From: Candidatus Fraserbacteria bacterium
Lineage (GTDB): Bacteria > Bipolaricaulota > Bipolaricaulia > RBG-16-55-9 > DRXL01
Length of the DNA: 64,000 bases
NCBI GenBank assembly: GCA_037440025.1
Contig: JBBIUX010000001.1
Coordinates: forward strand, 11,700 to 75,699
Direction of reading: 5' to 3'
A program made the position numbers and the translations under genes. Numbering within the stretch: position 1 is the stretch's first letter; each line of letters starts with the position of its first letter. The notes under the pieces are model-generated. The model did no database searches. It was not told the DNA's origin and saw only the letters and a list, made by a program, of their open reading frames with translations. Below are positions 37,247 to 45,279 of the stretch, piece after piece.

Positions 37247-37438
37247 TCATTGCTTCTCTCCTTCCTTTAAGATTAGCACGCCGATAAGGTAGAAGCCAAT
37301 CCAGATTCCGAGGCCGCTGGCTGTCCAGAGCCAGTCGAACTCCTTGGCTAAGAATTGTCCGAGCAAGAGCGCACCGACGGCCAAGTTGGCGACTTCGCGT
37401 AGTCCTTCAGCAAGATACTCCTTTTGGCGCTGGGTCAT
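37247..37438 (-). CDS. small two-TM membrane protein
   Basis: MTQRQKEYLAEGLREVANLAVGALLLGQFL..WIGFYLIGVLIL. ATG 37436-37438 preferred over TTG 37444. Confidence 0.4.
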   Translation of the reverse strand: MTQRQKEYLAEGLREVANLAVGALLLGQFLAKEFDWLWTASGLGIWIGFYLIGVLILKEGEKQ

Positions 37439-37878
37439 GCTCAATCACTCACAATCCTGAGCCGTCGCACGCGCCGCAAATCTTCAACACTCACGCCGAG
37501 CTTCTTTGCTAGTTGGCGGGCCTTCTCTTCGGCCAGCACGGGTTTGACGCCGATATAGGCGACGTATTCTTGCCGTTGCGCTCTAGCTTCTTTATCCCAG
37601 ACGTTGCGCTTGAGCACGTGGTATTTTGCGTTCCGTCCTGCTTTGGCGAGAAATAAACTTATAACGTTCTCAGTATAGCACCGGTAACGGATAAAATCAA
37701 GTCTCGAAAAGGTGACGAATTTCCCCGTCTTCCCCGGCCCCTTGATTTGACGCCAGCGGGGGGTGGGCTACAATTTTGCTTACTGTCAAAAACAGATAGG
37801 CCAGCGGTCTTTGGCATGTCAGGCAGAAGAGCTAAACGAGGGGAAAAACCTGTTGGCAAGAGGGTTATCGCGCTTGCT

Positions 37879-38001
37879 GGAGGACTTGAACCTCCGACCT
37901 CTGGCTCCGCAGGCCAGCGCTCTGATCCCCTGAGCTACGGGCGCGTGTGCACGGCTATTCTAACAGGCAAACAGAGGCTTGTCAACGGGCAAATCCCCCT
38001 C
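37879..38001. repeat. attR: 123-bp direct repeat containing a 3'-truncated pseudo-tRNA-Arg (37879-37944, minus) and its promoter copy (37957-37985)
   Basis: Identical to 31865-31987. Lacks the last 11 nt (3' acceptor strand, discriminator, CCA); the sequence continues as AGCAAGCGCG on the minus strand. Confidence 0.9.
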
Positions 38002-38062
38002 ATGAACGAAGAGCCTTTGTACCCACTTGAGCAAGTCAACCAACCTCCAGTAGTGCGCCTAA

Positions 38063-38163
38063 TACTAATTCTACTTCATCGTGTCACTTTGTCATTCTGA
38101 GCAAAGCGAAGAATCCAGACCATTCGCTTCCGCTCAGGGTGACACCATGAATCGAGATTAGTA
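38063..38163. repeat. ~100-bp MITE-like element with terminal inverted repeats (family with 60622-60721)
   Basis: TACTAATTCTACTTCATCGTGTCA..GTCATTCTGAGCAAAGCGAAGAATC..TTCGCTTCCGCTCAGGGTGACACCATGAATCGAGATTAGTA. Confidence 0.8.
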
Positions 38164-38242
38164 TAACTCGCTCACCTCCAGAGCTGAGCATAGCACACCC
38201 ACCCCCGGCGCGGGCAAATCCGAGTCCTGCGATCCGCGTGCT

Positions 38243-38887
38243 CTAGGGTGTGCTTCCCTTTGAAGTCTTCGGGCGATAGTCACGCCGATCCAGACACGCA
38301 TCGTAGGTAGCACGATCAATCTGCATCCAGTCCGTCTTCTCAATTCCCCTCTTGTTCCGAGTCGTGGGACTGAAGGGGAAAGCACTCGCCACCTTGATCC
38401 AGCGGCCTTGCTCTTTGGCAATCACCCGGACTTCCGCTGCCACTTCCGAGAGGTATTGGTCCTGGCTGAAGATCAGAGCCACGTCATACTCGTTGCGGTG
38501 AGCGAGACGAATGACATCTATCGCCATGCGCACGTCAATCCCCTTCTCTTCTCCAGCGAGAAACGTATGCTCAGTGCCATCGGGAAGCTTCACCCGTTGG
38601 TTGCGATACCGAAGCGTGCGAGAGAAGACGTGAACACCCTGCCAGCTCAGAAACCTCAATTTTGCAGCCCAAAACTGATTCCAGAAGGGGTCATCGCTTA
38701 TGTCAGGGATGCCAGTATAGAAGCGCACTTGCTTTAACTGCCAACCTTTGAAGTTGCACAGAGAGTTTGCTAAGCACATAGGGTCATAGTTGGGGTAGGT
38801 ATAACCAAAGGCTTCACGGGCGGCGTGAAAGAGATTCTGCCCGTCAAAGAAGGCTACTGTGCGTTTTGCAGTTGGTTCTGTAGGCAT
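38243..38887 (-). CDS. NYN-domain (LabA-like) protein
   Basis: VAFFDGQNLFHAA..EKGIDVRMAIDV..YDVALIFSQDQYL. Start moved to MPTEPT (ATG 38885-38887). Confidence 0.65.
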   Translation of the reverse strand: MPTEPTAKRTVAFFDGQNLFHAAREAFGYTYPNYDPMCLANSLCNFKGWQLKQVRFYTGIPDISDDPFWNQFWAAKLRFLSWQGVHVFSRTLRYRNQRVKLPDGTEHTFLAGEEKGIDVRMAIDVIRLAHRNEYDVALIFSQDQYLSEVAAEVRVIAKEQGRWIKVASAFPFSPTTRNKRGIEKTDWMQIDRATYDACLDRRDYRPKTSKGSTP

Positions 38888-39189
38888 AGCTCCCCGTAAA
38901 AGATAACTCCGCCCGGGCCTTGCGGCATGTCGAGCGGAGAGCAACTTCTGAGCATATTAAAGCACACCGAGGGCCTTTTGTCAAGATTCCAGCCCGCGAT
39001 TTAAGATCATTCAACAGATAGAAAAGAACGCGGCACTCACCTTCAATGGAGTTCGTCGCTCAGTTTCCGAGCTTACCCCCAAATCAAGGGGGTGGGAACC
39101 TGAGGCCCGGAACCTGCGTTTTAATTATATTCATCTCGCACCCAACTACATCGAGCCTCTGGCGGATGGTAAGCCGGCTTTGCCCTATC

Positions 39190-39264
39190 TGGTGGGTGGT
39201 AGAGGATTTGAACCTCTGACCTTCTGCACGTCAAGCAGACGCTCTTCCGCTGAGCTAACCACCC
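39190..39264 (-). tRNA. tRNA-Val (anticodon GAC), CCA encoded
   Basis: GGGTGGT-TA-GCTCAGCGGAAGAGC-G-TCTGC-TTGACGT-GCAGA-AGGTC-AGAGGTTCAAATCCTCT-ACCACCC-A-CCA. Confidence 0.9.
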
Positions 39265-39273
39265 CAATAAGTG

Positions 39274-39348
<75 letters not shown>

Positions 39349-39427
39349 ATCAGTGATGTATTGTAACGCTCCCCATCGGACTTGTCAAACCCTCGATGGG
39401 ATGATTCAAAGTTGCCAGTTGAGGCTC

Positions 39428-39570
39428 TGTAGAAAACCTCCCTTGGACCGGCGACTCAAGTCGCCGGCTCAGCAGGTGGAAGCGTGCTCAAGCACGCTCA
39501 CCAGCCCGCTTCAGCGGGCTTCCATCTCCTGAGCCGTCTGCTTGAGCATCCGGCTTCAAGGATTTCTACA
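39428..39570. repeat. multi-hairpin repeat element bounded by TGTAGAAA..TTTCTACA
   Basis: Hairpins CCGGCGACTCAAGTCGCCGG (39448-39467), AGCGTGCTCAAGCACGCT (39481-39498), AGCCCGCTTCAGCGGGCT (39503-39520). Shares GGGCTTCCATC and CTTGAGCATCCGG with 61778-61884. Confidence 0.7.
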
Positions 39571-39683
39571 AAGCCCCAGTTGAAAGTTACAAGTTCTGAA
39601 CTTGGAACCGCCCCGCGGCTTCGGTTAAACTAGAGTGCAGCTCATTTCAGAGAGCGTGAGACACGCTTGAAAAGGAGGACGAC

Positions 39684-41048
39684 ATGAAACGAGCCTCTCT
39701 GTTCGTTGTTCTGGTCGCATTGATGGTCGGCGGAGTTGGAGGGTCCCAGCAAAGTGCTGTTGGCCCGAATGTAACGATCTATAGCGACTTAGCGCTTATC
39801 GAGGAGCTGCGCGTGCTCACCGTCTCCCAGGGAGAGGGTGTCCATCTGGTCGAAGACCTGCCGGAGGCCATCTGGCCCAATTCGGTCGTCTTTCGCCCCA
39901 GCGAGCCTAGCGTCAGAATCCTCGAACAGGAGTTCTTACCCGCGCAGACCATAAGCAGCTCTGGATTGCTGGAAAGCTATATCGGCCGAGAAGTCGAAGT
40001 AACCGTCGCTCGCGGTTTGGTCCCCAAGACCTACCGCGGCACGCTCTTGAGCATCGAAGACGGCCTCGTCCTGCAAGAGAGTTTCGGGAAAGTTCAACTG
40101 ATCCGTGAGTACAGCGAGATCGCGCTTGCGAAACTCCCAGACTATCGCAAAGAACCGGCGCTTTCGTGGCGAGTGCAGAGCGATTCTGCTAGGGATATCC
40201 AAGGTCATTTGAGTTACCTGACGGGGGGGCTCGGTTGGTCGGCGTATTACACAACGATTCTCAACGAAGCCGAGAACCAGATGGCCTTGAGCAGTTGGGT
40301 AACGCTCTCCAATCACAGTGGGCGCGAGTACAAGGACGCGAGGTTGACGCTAATCGCTGGCGAGCTGCGCCGCGTGACGCCACCACCACCGGTGATTCCG
40401 TATGAAGCACGAGCAGAGCTGGCACCAGCTCCCGCGAAAGACATCGAGACACGCCCGACGTTTGAGTATCACGAATATAAACTGTCCCGCCCGGCGACGC
40501 TAAAAGACAAACAGACCCTTCAGCTCTCGTTCTTAAAATCTGACGCGATCACCGTATCGAAACACTATGTCTACGAAGCTACAGTCTCGCCTCAAGTTCG
40601 GATCGAGATCCGCTTCACTAACGACGAGGCCAGCGGCCTGGGCGTTGCACTGCCCGCAGGCACCGTTCGCCTGTATAAAGAAGCAGCAGACTCGCTACAG
40701 CTGATTGGCGAAGATACTTTAGCTCACACCCCCAAAAACGAGAAGATAACACTCGCGCCAGGGATGGCTTTTGATCTCAAAGCCGAGCGAGTTCTCAAAG
40801 ATAGACAAGTCATTGATCGGGATCAGTACGGGCGGGAAACCTATCGAGAGACGTATGAGATCTCCTTGCGCAACCAGAAGAGCACCGATGTTCTTATCGA
40901 AGTGAGAGAACGACTGCAGGGCACCTGGAAGATCGTCTCAGCTGAGCCTAACTATGAAAAGCTCGATGCGAATACCGTTTTGTTTCAAGCCCCGGTAAAA
41001 GCCGAGGGAGCAGCGATAGTCACTTACACCGTGGAGTGGAAGTATTGA
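39684..41048 (+). CDS. DUF4139-family secreted protein
   Basis: 454 aa. Signal peptide MKRASLFVVLVALMVGG. ..LSYLTGGLGWSAYYT.. pattern resembles DUF4139; call by eye. Confidence 0.5.
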   Translation: MKRASLFVVLVALMVGGVGGSQQSAVGPNVTIYSDLALIEELRVLTVSQGEGVHLVEDLPEAIWPNSVVFRPSEPSVRILEQEFLPAQTISSSGLLESYIGREVEVTVARGLVPKTYRGTLLSIEDGLVLQESFGKVQLIREYSEIALAKLPDYRKEPALSWRVQSDSARDIQGHLSYLTGGLGWSAYYTTILNEAENQMALSSWVTLSNHSGREYKDARLTLIAGELRRVTPPPPVIPYEARAELAPAPAKDIETRPTFEYHEYKLSRPATLKDKQTLQLSFLKSDAITVSKHYVYEATVSPQVRIEIRFTNDEASGLGVALPAGTVRLYKEAADSLQLIGEDTLAHTPKNEKITLAPGMAFDLKAERVLKDRQVIDRDQYGRETYRETYEISLRNQKSTDVLIEVRERLQGTWKIVSAEPNYEKLDANTVLFQAPVKAEGAAIVTYTVEWKY

Positions 41049-41052
41049 TGCT

Positions 41053-41331
41053 ATGGAAGAGCTTCTGACACAGCCCGATGACGAGTATCTGACGGATGCG
41101 ATACAGAACTACGCTCGGGCGATTGAAAAGGTGCTCGCGGAAGTGCCGGTGGTCAACGGCACAGTTGACCTAGAGACGATCTGGATGGAGCTGGCACTGC
41201 CGCGCGACTTGCTGATCGAAGTCTTTCAGACGATGCCCATTCGCCTGCCAGCGCATGTAGAAAGAGTGATCACGCGCGACGGTCGCGTGTTGGCGCAACA
41301 GAAACCAGCTGAACCGGGCACGGCTCTCTGA
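41053..41331 (+). CDS. hypothetical protein
   Basis: 92-aa ORF whose stop overlaps the start of the next gene (TGATGATG). Confidence 0.35.
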   Translation: MEELLTQPDDEYLTDAIQNYARAIEKVLAEVPVVNGTVDLETIWMELALPRDLLIEVFQTMPIRLPAHVERVITRDGRVLAQQKPAEPGTAL

Positions 41332-42806
41332 TGATGGACACGGTTTGCTTTGGGACTGACGGCTGGCGCGGCGTGATCGCCCGCGATTTTACGTTTGCCA
41401 ACGTGGGCCGCGTCGCCGGGGCCATCGCTGCGTATCTGAAAAGCCCGCAGCGACGCTCGTTAGAAGTCTACAAAAAATGGGGCGTGGCGTATCGCCCGCC
41501 GGAGCGCGGCGTCGTCATCGGCTACGACACGCGCTTTCTCTCCAAAGAGTTTGCTGTGCACATCGGGCGCGTGCTCCAAGACGCAGAGATTCCCGTCTGG
41601 ATCGCGCACGAGCCCGTCCCCACCCCGACGCTCTCCTACGCTGTCTCCCATCACCAAGCAGCCCTCGGCGTGATGGTCACAGCCAGCCACAACCCGCCCG
41701 AATACAATGGGGTTAAGATTAAGATAGAATACGCAAGCTCCGCCCCGCCCAGCGTCACCCAGCTCATCGAATCTCTCGTCCCTTCAGAGGCGCCGACGCC
41801 CAAGACCCCAGCGAGTGCGCTCAACTTTGCAGACTTCAAAAGCCCGTATCTTGCACGTATCCACCAGCTTATTGACACCGAGCTGCTGCGCCAGAGCGAT
41901 CTGTGCGTCCTGATTGACGCGATGTACGGGGCAGCGCGAGGGTACGTCGCGGAGATTCTCAAAGAGCTGGGTGTAGAGTTTCTCACGGTGCGTCACGGCG
42001 ATAACCCGCGCTTTGGCGGAAAGAACCCTGAACCCATCGAGAAAAATCTAGGCCCCCTGCGGGCGGTGATCGCCAGCGAGCGCCAGAGAAAATTCAAGAG
42101 TGCCAAGTGCTTGCTCGGGGTCATCACCGACGGCGACGGTGATCGTGTCGCGGCGATGGACGAACTCGGACAGGTGATAGATTCTCATCGCTGCTTCGCG
42201 CTCATGCTGAAGTACTTAGTAACAAAAGGCTGGCGCGGAAAGGTCGTCAAGTCGTTCACGCTCTCCGATATGATAGATACGCTCGCCGTCAAAAATAATT
42301 TAGAGCTGGACGAAGTCCCCGTCGGGTTCAAATATATTTGTGAAAAGATGGTGCGCGAAGACGTCTTAATTGGGGGCGAAGAATCGGGCGGGATCGCCAT
42401 AAAAAATCACATTCCCGAACGAGACGGGGTCTTAAATTCGCTCTTGCTCTGCGAGGTCGCCGCGCGGGCGAAAAAGCCCACAAGCGAGATCATCAACGAT
42501 CTGTTAGCTGAAGTTGGCCCGCACTGGTACGACCGGCGCGACCTGCGTCTAGAGAGCCGTTTAGAAGTCGTCGAGCACGTGAAGCGTCGGCCACCTCAGC
42601 AGATCGCTGGGCTCAAAGTTATCAAAACAGAGATGCTTGACGGAGTGAAGCTGCGATTTTCACACGGCTGGTTGCTGCTGCGAGCCAGCGGGACCGAGCC
42701 GCTCTTGAGGCTCTATTGCGAGCTGGACTCGTTGGAGAAAGTGCATGAAGTCTTAGACGAAGCGGAGCGCTTCGCGCGGGGCGATCTGAGCTTATGGGTG
42801 AAATAA
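41331..42806 (+). CDS. phosphoglucomutase/phosphomannomutase-family phosphohexomutase
   Basis: TASHNPPEYNGVKI (active-site Ser), ITDGDGDRVA (Mg site), GGEESGG (sugar-binding loop). Confidence 0.9.
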   Translation: MMDTVCFGTDGWRGVIARDFTFANVGRVAGAIAAYLKSPQRRSLEVYKKWGVAYRPPERGVVIGYDTRFLSKEFAVHIGRVLQDAEIPVWIAHEPVPTPTLSYAVSHHQAALGVMVTASHNPPEYNGVKIKIEYASSAPPSVTQLIESLVPSEAPTPKTPASALNFADFKSPYLARIHQLIDTELLRQSDLCVLIDAMYGAARGYVAEILKELGVEFLTVRHGDNPRFGGKNPEPIEKNLGPLRAVIASERQRKFKSAKCLLGVITDGDGDRVAAMDELGQVIDSHRCFALMLKYLVTKGWRGKVVKSFTLSDMIDTLAVKNNLELDEVPVGFKYICEKMVREDVLIGGEESGGIAIKNHIPERDGVLNSLLLCEVAARAKKPTSEIINDLLAEVGPHWYDRRDLRLESRLEVVEHVKRRPPQQIAGLKVIKTEMLDGVKLRFSHGWLLLRASGTEPLLRLYCELDSLEKVHEVLDEAERFARGDLSLWVK

Positions 42807-42818
42807 CCTATGCGGGTG

Positions 42819-42897
42819 GCGCGCCCATTCGACGCTCTTCTCCTTCGGCTGGCCGAACAGCTCTGGATGCAAATAGAAGCCTCGTTCTGGCTTCATC
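42819..42897. repeat. cassette-boundary repeat, copy A
   Basis: GCGCGCCCATTCGACGCTCTTCTCC..GGCTGGCCGAACA..GGCTTCATC. The minus strand reads MKPERGFYLHPELFGQPKEKSVEWARHP. Confidence 0.75.
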
Positions 42898-43009
42898 CCT
42901 TTTTCATCCCGGAGTGCCCCACGTCTACACCTATCTGCCGCACGCGGATCCGCCAACCGTGCAACAAGCGACGTTGGCCCTCCGGGATGTTTTCATCGAG
43001 GAGATACAT
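42893..43009 (-). pseudogene. DUF5615 (PIN-like) toxin, truncated to 38 aa
   Basis: MYLLDENIPEGQRRLLHGWRIRVRQIG.. then a stop where repeat copy A begins. TAATG overlap with the upstream DUF433 gene. Confidence 0.6.
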
Positions 43010-43260
43010 TAGCTGATTGTTTCTGCCGCGAATTCCGGCGCATGGACAGCCAAGGCCTCCCGCGCCAGGCGGACTGCTTCGGCGATGGCCTGCTTGGTCA
43101 GCGCCCCGTGCCATTCTTCTATAATAGCTTCCCAGGCCATACCGAAGGCTACTTGTTCAAGCACATCGGTGACCAGAACACGCGTGCCACGGAAAGTGGG
43201 CTGGCCATGGCAGATCGCGGGATCGACGACGATATATCGCCCTAAGGCTTTGGCGGCCAT
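43009..43260 (-). CDS. DUF433 antitoxin-like protein
   Basis: 83 aa. YIVVDPAICHGQPTFRGTRVLVTDVLE hallmark. Confidence 0.75.
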   Translation of the reverse strand: MAAKALGRYIVVDPAICHGQPTFRGTRVLVTDVLEQVAFGMAWEAIIEEWHGALTKQAIAEAVRLAREALAVHAPEFAAETIS

Positions 43261-43317
43261 ACAGGGTCACCCGGCACGATTGTACGCTCTTCCTGTCTCT
43301 CCGGCAAGCGTTTGATT

Positions 43318-43378
43318 ATCTCAGGGTTGCGCGCCCATTTCGACACTCTGGGTCTCCGGCTTCATCTCTTCGACCGGG
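43318..43378. repeat. cassette-boundary repeat, copy B (internally deleted)
   Basis: ATCTCAGGGTTGCGCGCCCATTTCGACACTCT..GGTCTCCGGCTTCATCTCTTCGACCGGG. Begins 4 nt after the HTH gene stop. Confidence 0.7.
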
Positions 43379-43381
43379 ATT

Positions 43382-43717
43382 CTATGAGCCGGCCCGAGCG
43401 ATGCGACGAGGGACCAAATCGATTCTGAGTTCCGCCTGCAACGCCCGCGCGATCTGTTCGAGCGTCTTCAGCTCTACGTTCCCGCCGTTCTCCACGCGCG
43501 AGATCACCGAAGGGCTCGTGTGCAACAGAGCGGCGAGCTGCGTTTGCGTCAATCCCAGCTTCACCCGCAACGCGGCGATGCGGACGCCTAACCGTACCAA
43601 CTCCAGCCCTTCTTCATAAGCCTGGCGAAATTCGGGATTAGCCAGCTGCTGCTTCTTGTACTCTTCGTACCGGGTCACTTGGCGCTCCGCAACCTTTTGA
43701 GCCTTCGACTGAGCCAT
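43382..43717 (-). CDS. XRE-family HTH antitoxin (HigA-like)
   Basis: 111 aa. LRVKLGLTQTQLAALLHTSPSVISRVENGG. Confidence 0.75.
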   Translation of the reverse strand: MAQSKAQKVAERQVTRYEEYKKQQLANPEFRQAYEEGLELVRLGVRIAALRVKLGLTQTQLAALLHTSPSVISRVENGGNVELKTLEQIARALQAELRIDLVPRRIARAGS

Positions 43718-43720
43718 GCT

Positions 43721-43819
43721 TCAACCTCCCTTCTTCTGCTGGTGCGGCAGCGAGTCGAGAAACTCCTCGACCGGACAGCGGCCTTCGTCATCCTCGTAGA
43801 AGGCAATCCGCCAAGACAC
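43721..43819 (-). pseudogene. HigB/Gp49-like toxin remnant (32 aa)
   Basis: Hand translation (V)SWRIAFYEDDEGRCPVEEFLDSLPHQQKKGG*. The N-terminus matches Gp49-type toxins and the body is missing. Its end supplies the GGGAGG RBS for the antitoxin. Confidence 0.5.
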
Positions 43820-43885
43820 AGCTTATATGATATAGCAGAAAAGATAGAAACGCCAGGTCTGCGCGAAGGCCCCGTCGCGATCCAC

Positions 43886-43975
43886 TCAACGGAGCCCCAA
43901 GACGATCTCGACGGGGATGCGGGGCTTGCCGTGGCAGATGTTCGGATCAACCTCGATGCGCTCGGCGATCTTCAT
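43886..43975 (-). pseudogene. DUF433 remnant (29 aa)
   Basis: Hand translation MKIAERIEVDPNICHGKPRIPVEIVLGLR*. Confidence 0.5.
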
Positions 43976-44117
43976 AGGGCACCACCGCCTGGGATTGTAG
44001 CAAGGGCGAGCGAGTCCGGCCACCCGCTTTCTGGCCTTGAGCCTTGGAATCACGGCAGGCTTGGCCTCCGTGCTCCTCTGTGCCTTCCGTGGTTCAAGAG
44101 AGGGTCACGCCGCCAGC

Positions 44118-44303
44118 TTAGGGCTTCGGTATGCCCAGGTCTTTACAAATCTTACTGACCAGCTTTTCACGAATCTCGCGATGTCGCGGCACTGATGAAA
44201 TTCTTCTATTGGCCGGGTTCCAATAGATAGTATGCCTGGGCCCCTCGCGCAGAAACTGACAGCCATGCTGTTCCAGGTGTCGGAGCAGATCGCGACGCTT
44301 CAT
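44118..44303 (-). CDS. hicA: HicA toxin
   Basis: 61 aa. MKRRDLLRHLEQHGCQFLREGPRHTIYWNP. Confidence 0.8.
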   Translation of the reverse strand: MKRRDLLRHLEQHGCQFLREGPRHTIYWNPANRRISSVPRHREIREKLVSKICKDLGIPKP

Positions 44304-44525
44304 TTACGTCGTGACTACCAGCTTTTCTTTAAGGACCGGCTTGTCAGCGATCTCGCGCTCGGCCAGCTCTCGATTGGCTGCCAGCACCAAAGCGACGGCT
44401 TCTTTCAGATTCGCGCGCGCTTCTTCGAGTGTTCGTCCTTGGGTGTTCGCGCCGGGCAACTCTTCTACGTAGGCAATCCACCAATCGTCGTCTTGTTCGA
44501 AGACGGCCGTGAAGCAGTTCTCCAT
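44304..44525 (-). CDS. hicB: HicB antitoxin (UPF0150-type)
   Basis: MENCFTAVFEQDDDWWIAYVEELPGANTQGRTLEEARANLKEAVALVL. Start moved to ATG 44523-44525. Directly abuts hicA. Confidence 0.75.
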   Translation of the reverse strand: MENCFTAVFEQDDDWWIAYVEELPGANTQGRTLEEARANLKEAVALVLAANRELAEREIADKPVLKEKLVVTT

Positions 44526-44651
44526 TGTCGAGATCACCCTTGGTTTCAGTTTAACTGTTGCAGTCCTATAGGGCAAGTTGATCAGGATCACGGAAAGCGC
44601 GGAAGTCGTTTTCCGTGTCTCCCGTGCTGCTCCGTGCATTCCGTGGTTCTA

Positions 44652-44790
44652 TTACTTTGGCATCCCCTGCAACTGCTTCATCATGTCTGGATTATGTGCC
44701 CCTTCGACGCTCTTCTCCTCCGGCTGGCCGAACAACTCCGGGTGCAGATAGAAGCCCCGCTCCTTCTCGGGCTTCATCTCTTTGACCGGG
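44652..44790. repeat. cassette-boundary repeat, copy C
   Basis: The minus strand reads ..LPVKEMKPEKERGFYLHPELFGQPEEKSVEGAHNPDMMKQLQGMPK* (part of ORF 44652-44849). Confidence 0.75.
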
Positions 44791-44830
44791 AGGCGCTGGG
44801 CGTTGGCGTAGGCGTCCTGGCGGATGCCCG

Positions 44831-45049
44831 TCAGCGCCGTCGCAAGCAAAAGCGATCCCGGCGATACTCCACGAGAAAGTGTTCCAAAACCCCGGCTCGC
44901 CCCAACACCACCGGCACGCGCTCCTCAGGCACGAAGATCACGGGCAGCTCAAAGGGATGCTTCAATAACTCAGCATGCACCGTTCGACCGCCCCCAAGCC
45001 AGCGGTAAACTCGGGGGTATAGGGAAAGCAGCGGGCACGGGCCATTCAC
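44831..45049 (-). CDS. hypothetical protein (possible C-terminal fragment of a retropepsin-like protein)
   Basis: 72 aa. GTGA overlap with the DUF5678 gene. ..PVIFVPEERVPVVLGRAGVLEHFLVEY resembles the C-terminal half of bacterial retropepsin-like proteins, but no DTG/DSG motif is present. Confidence 0.25.
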   Translation of the reverse strand: MNGPCPLLSLYPRVYRWLGGGRTVHAELLKHPFELPVIFVPEERVPVVLGRAGVLEHFLVEYRRDRFCLRRR

Positions 45050-45264
45050 AGCACCAGAGCGTCCTCCGTCGGCGGGAAGTACTTGAGCACCGGGTCACTG
45101 TCAGGGTATCTTCGCTTGGCTTGCGCGTAAGCCTCTTGAGCCGTAGCGCCATAGCCTGCTACTTCTCGGCCGACGAGGGCTACGAACCGGCCAGCATACT
45201 GCTGAGAGAGCTGCAAGCCCTGCTCCTGGAGAAACGCGAACTCTTCGATCTTTCGGAGCCCCAT
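45046..45264 (-). CDS. DUF5678-like small protein
   Basis: 72 aa. ..YAGRFVALVGREVAGYGATAQEAYAQAKRRYPDSDPVLKYFP. TATAAT about 10 nt upstream of the ATG (possibly leaderless). Confidence 0.5.
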   Translation of the reverse strand: MGLRKIEEFAFLQEQGLQLSQQYAGRFVALVGREVAGYGATAQEAYAQAKRRYPDSDPVLKYFPPTEDALVL

Positions 45265-45279
45265 AGCGCTCTGATTATA

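Larger units (their letters stand above)
31865..38001. mobile_element. 6.0-kb integrative element (integrase, prim-pol, RHH, Xis-like HTH) inserted at tRNA-Arg
   Basis: Perfect 123-bp direct repeats at 31865-31987 and 37879-38001. Tyrosine recombinase gene adjacent to the left repeat. Replication and regulatory cargo. Confidence 0.85.

Noticed and set aside
37441-37617. Possible 58-aa minus-strand ORF (GTG 37617 to TGA 37441) upstream of the small membrane protein
   Set aside because: It is below the ORF-track threshold, with no convincing RBS or homology that I can recognise. Noted but not annotated.
31865-38001. Integrated element considered as a prophage
   Set aside because: It is only about 6 kb and has no capsid, portal, large terminase, tail or lysis genes.
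38950-39189. Stop-free plus-strand stretch reading ..NAALTFNGVRRSVSELT..NLRFNYIHLAPNYIEPLADG.. that runs into tRNA-Val
   Set aside because: No start codon or RBS, no recognisable family, and it collides with the tRNA. It may be a relic of a deleted gene.
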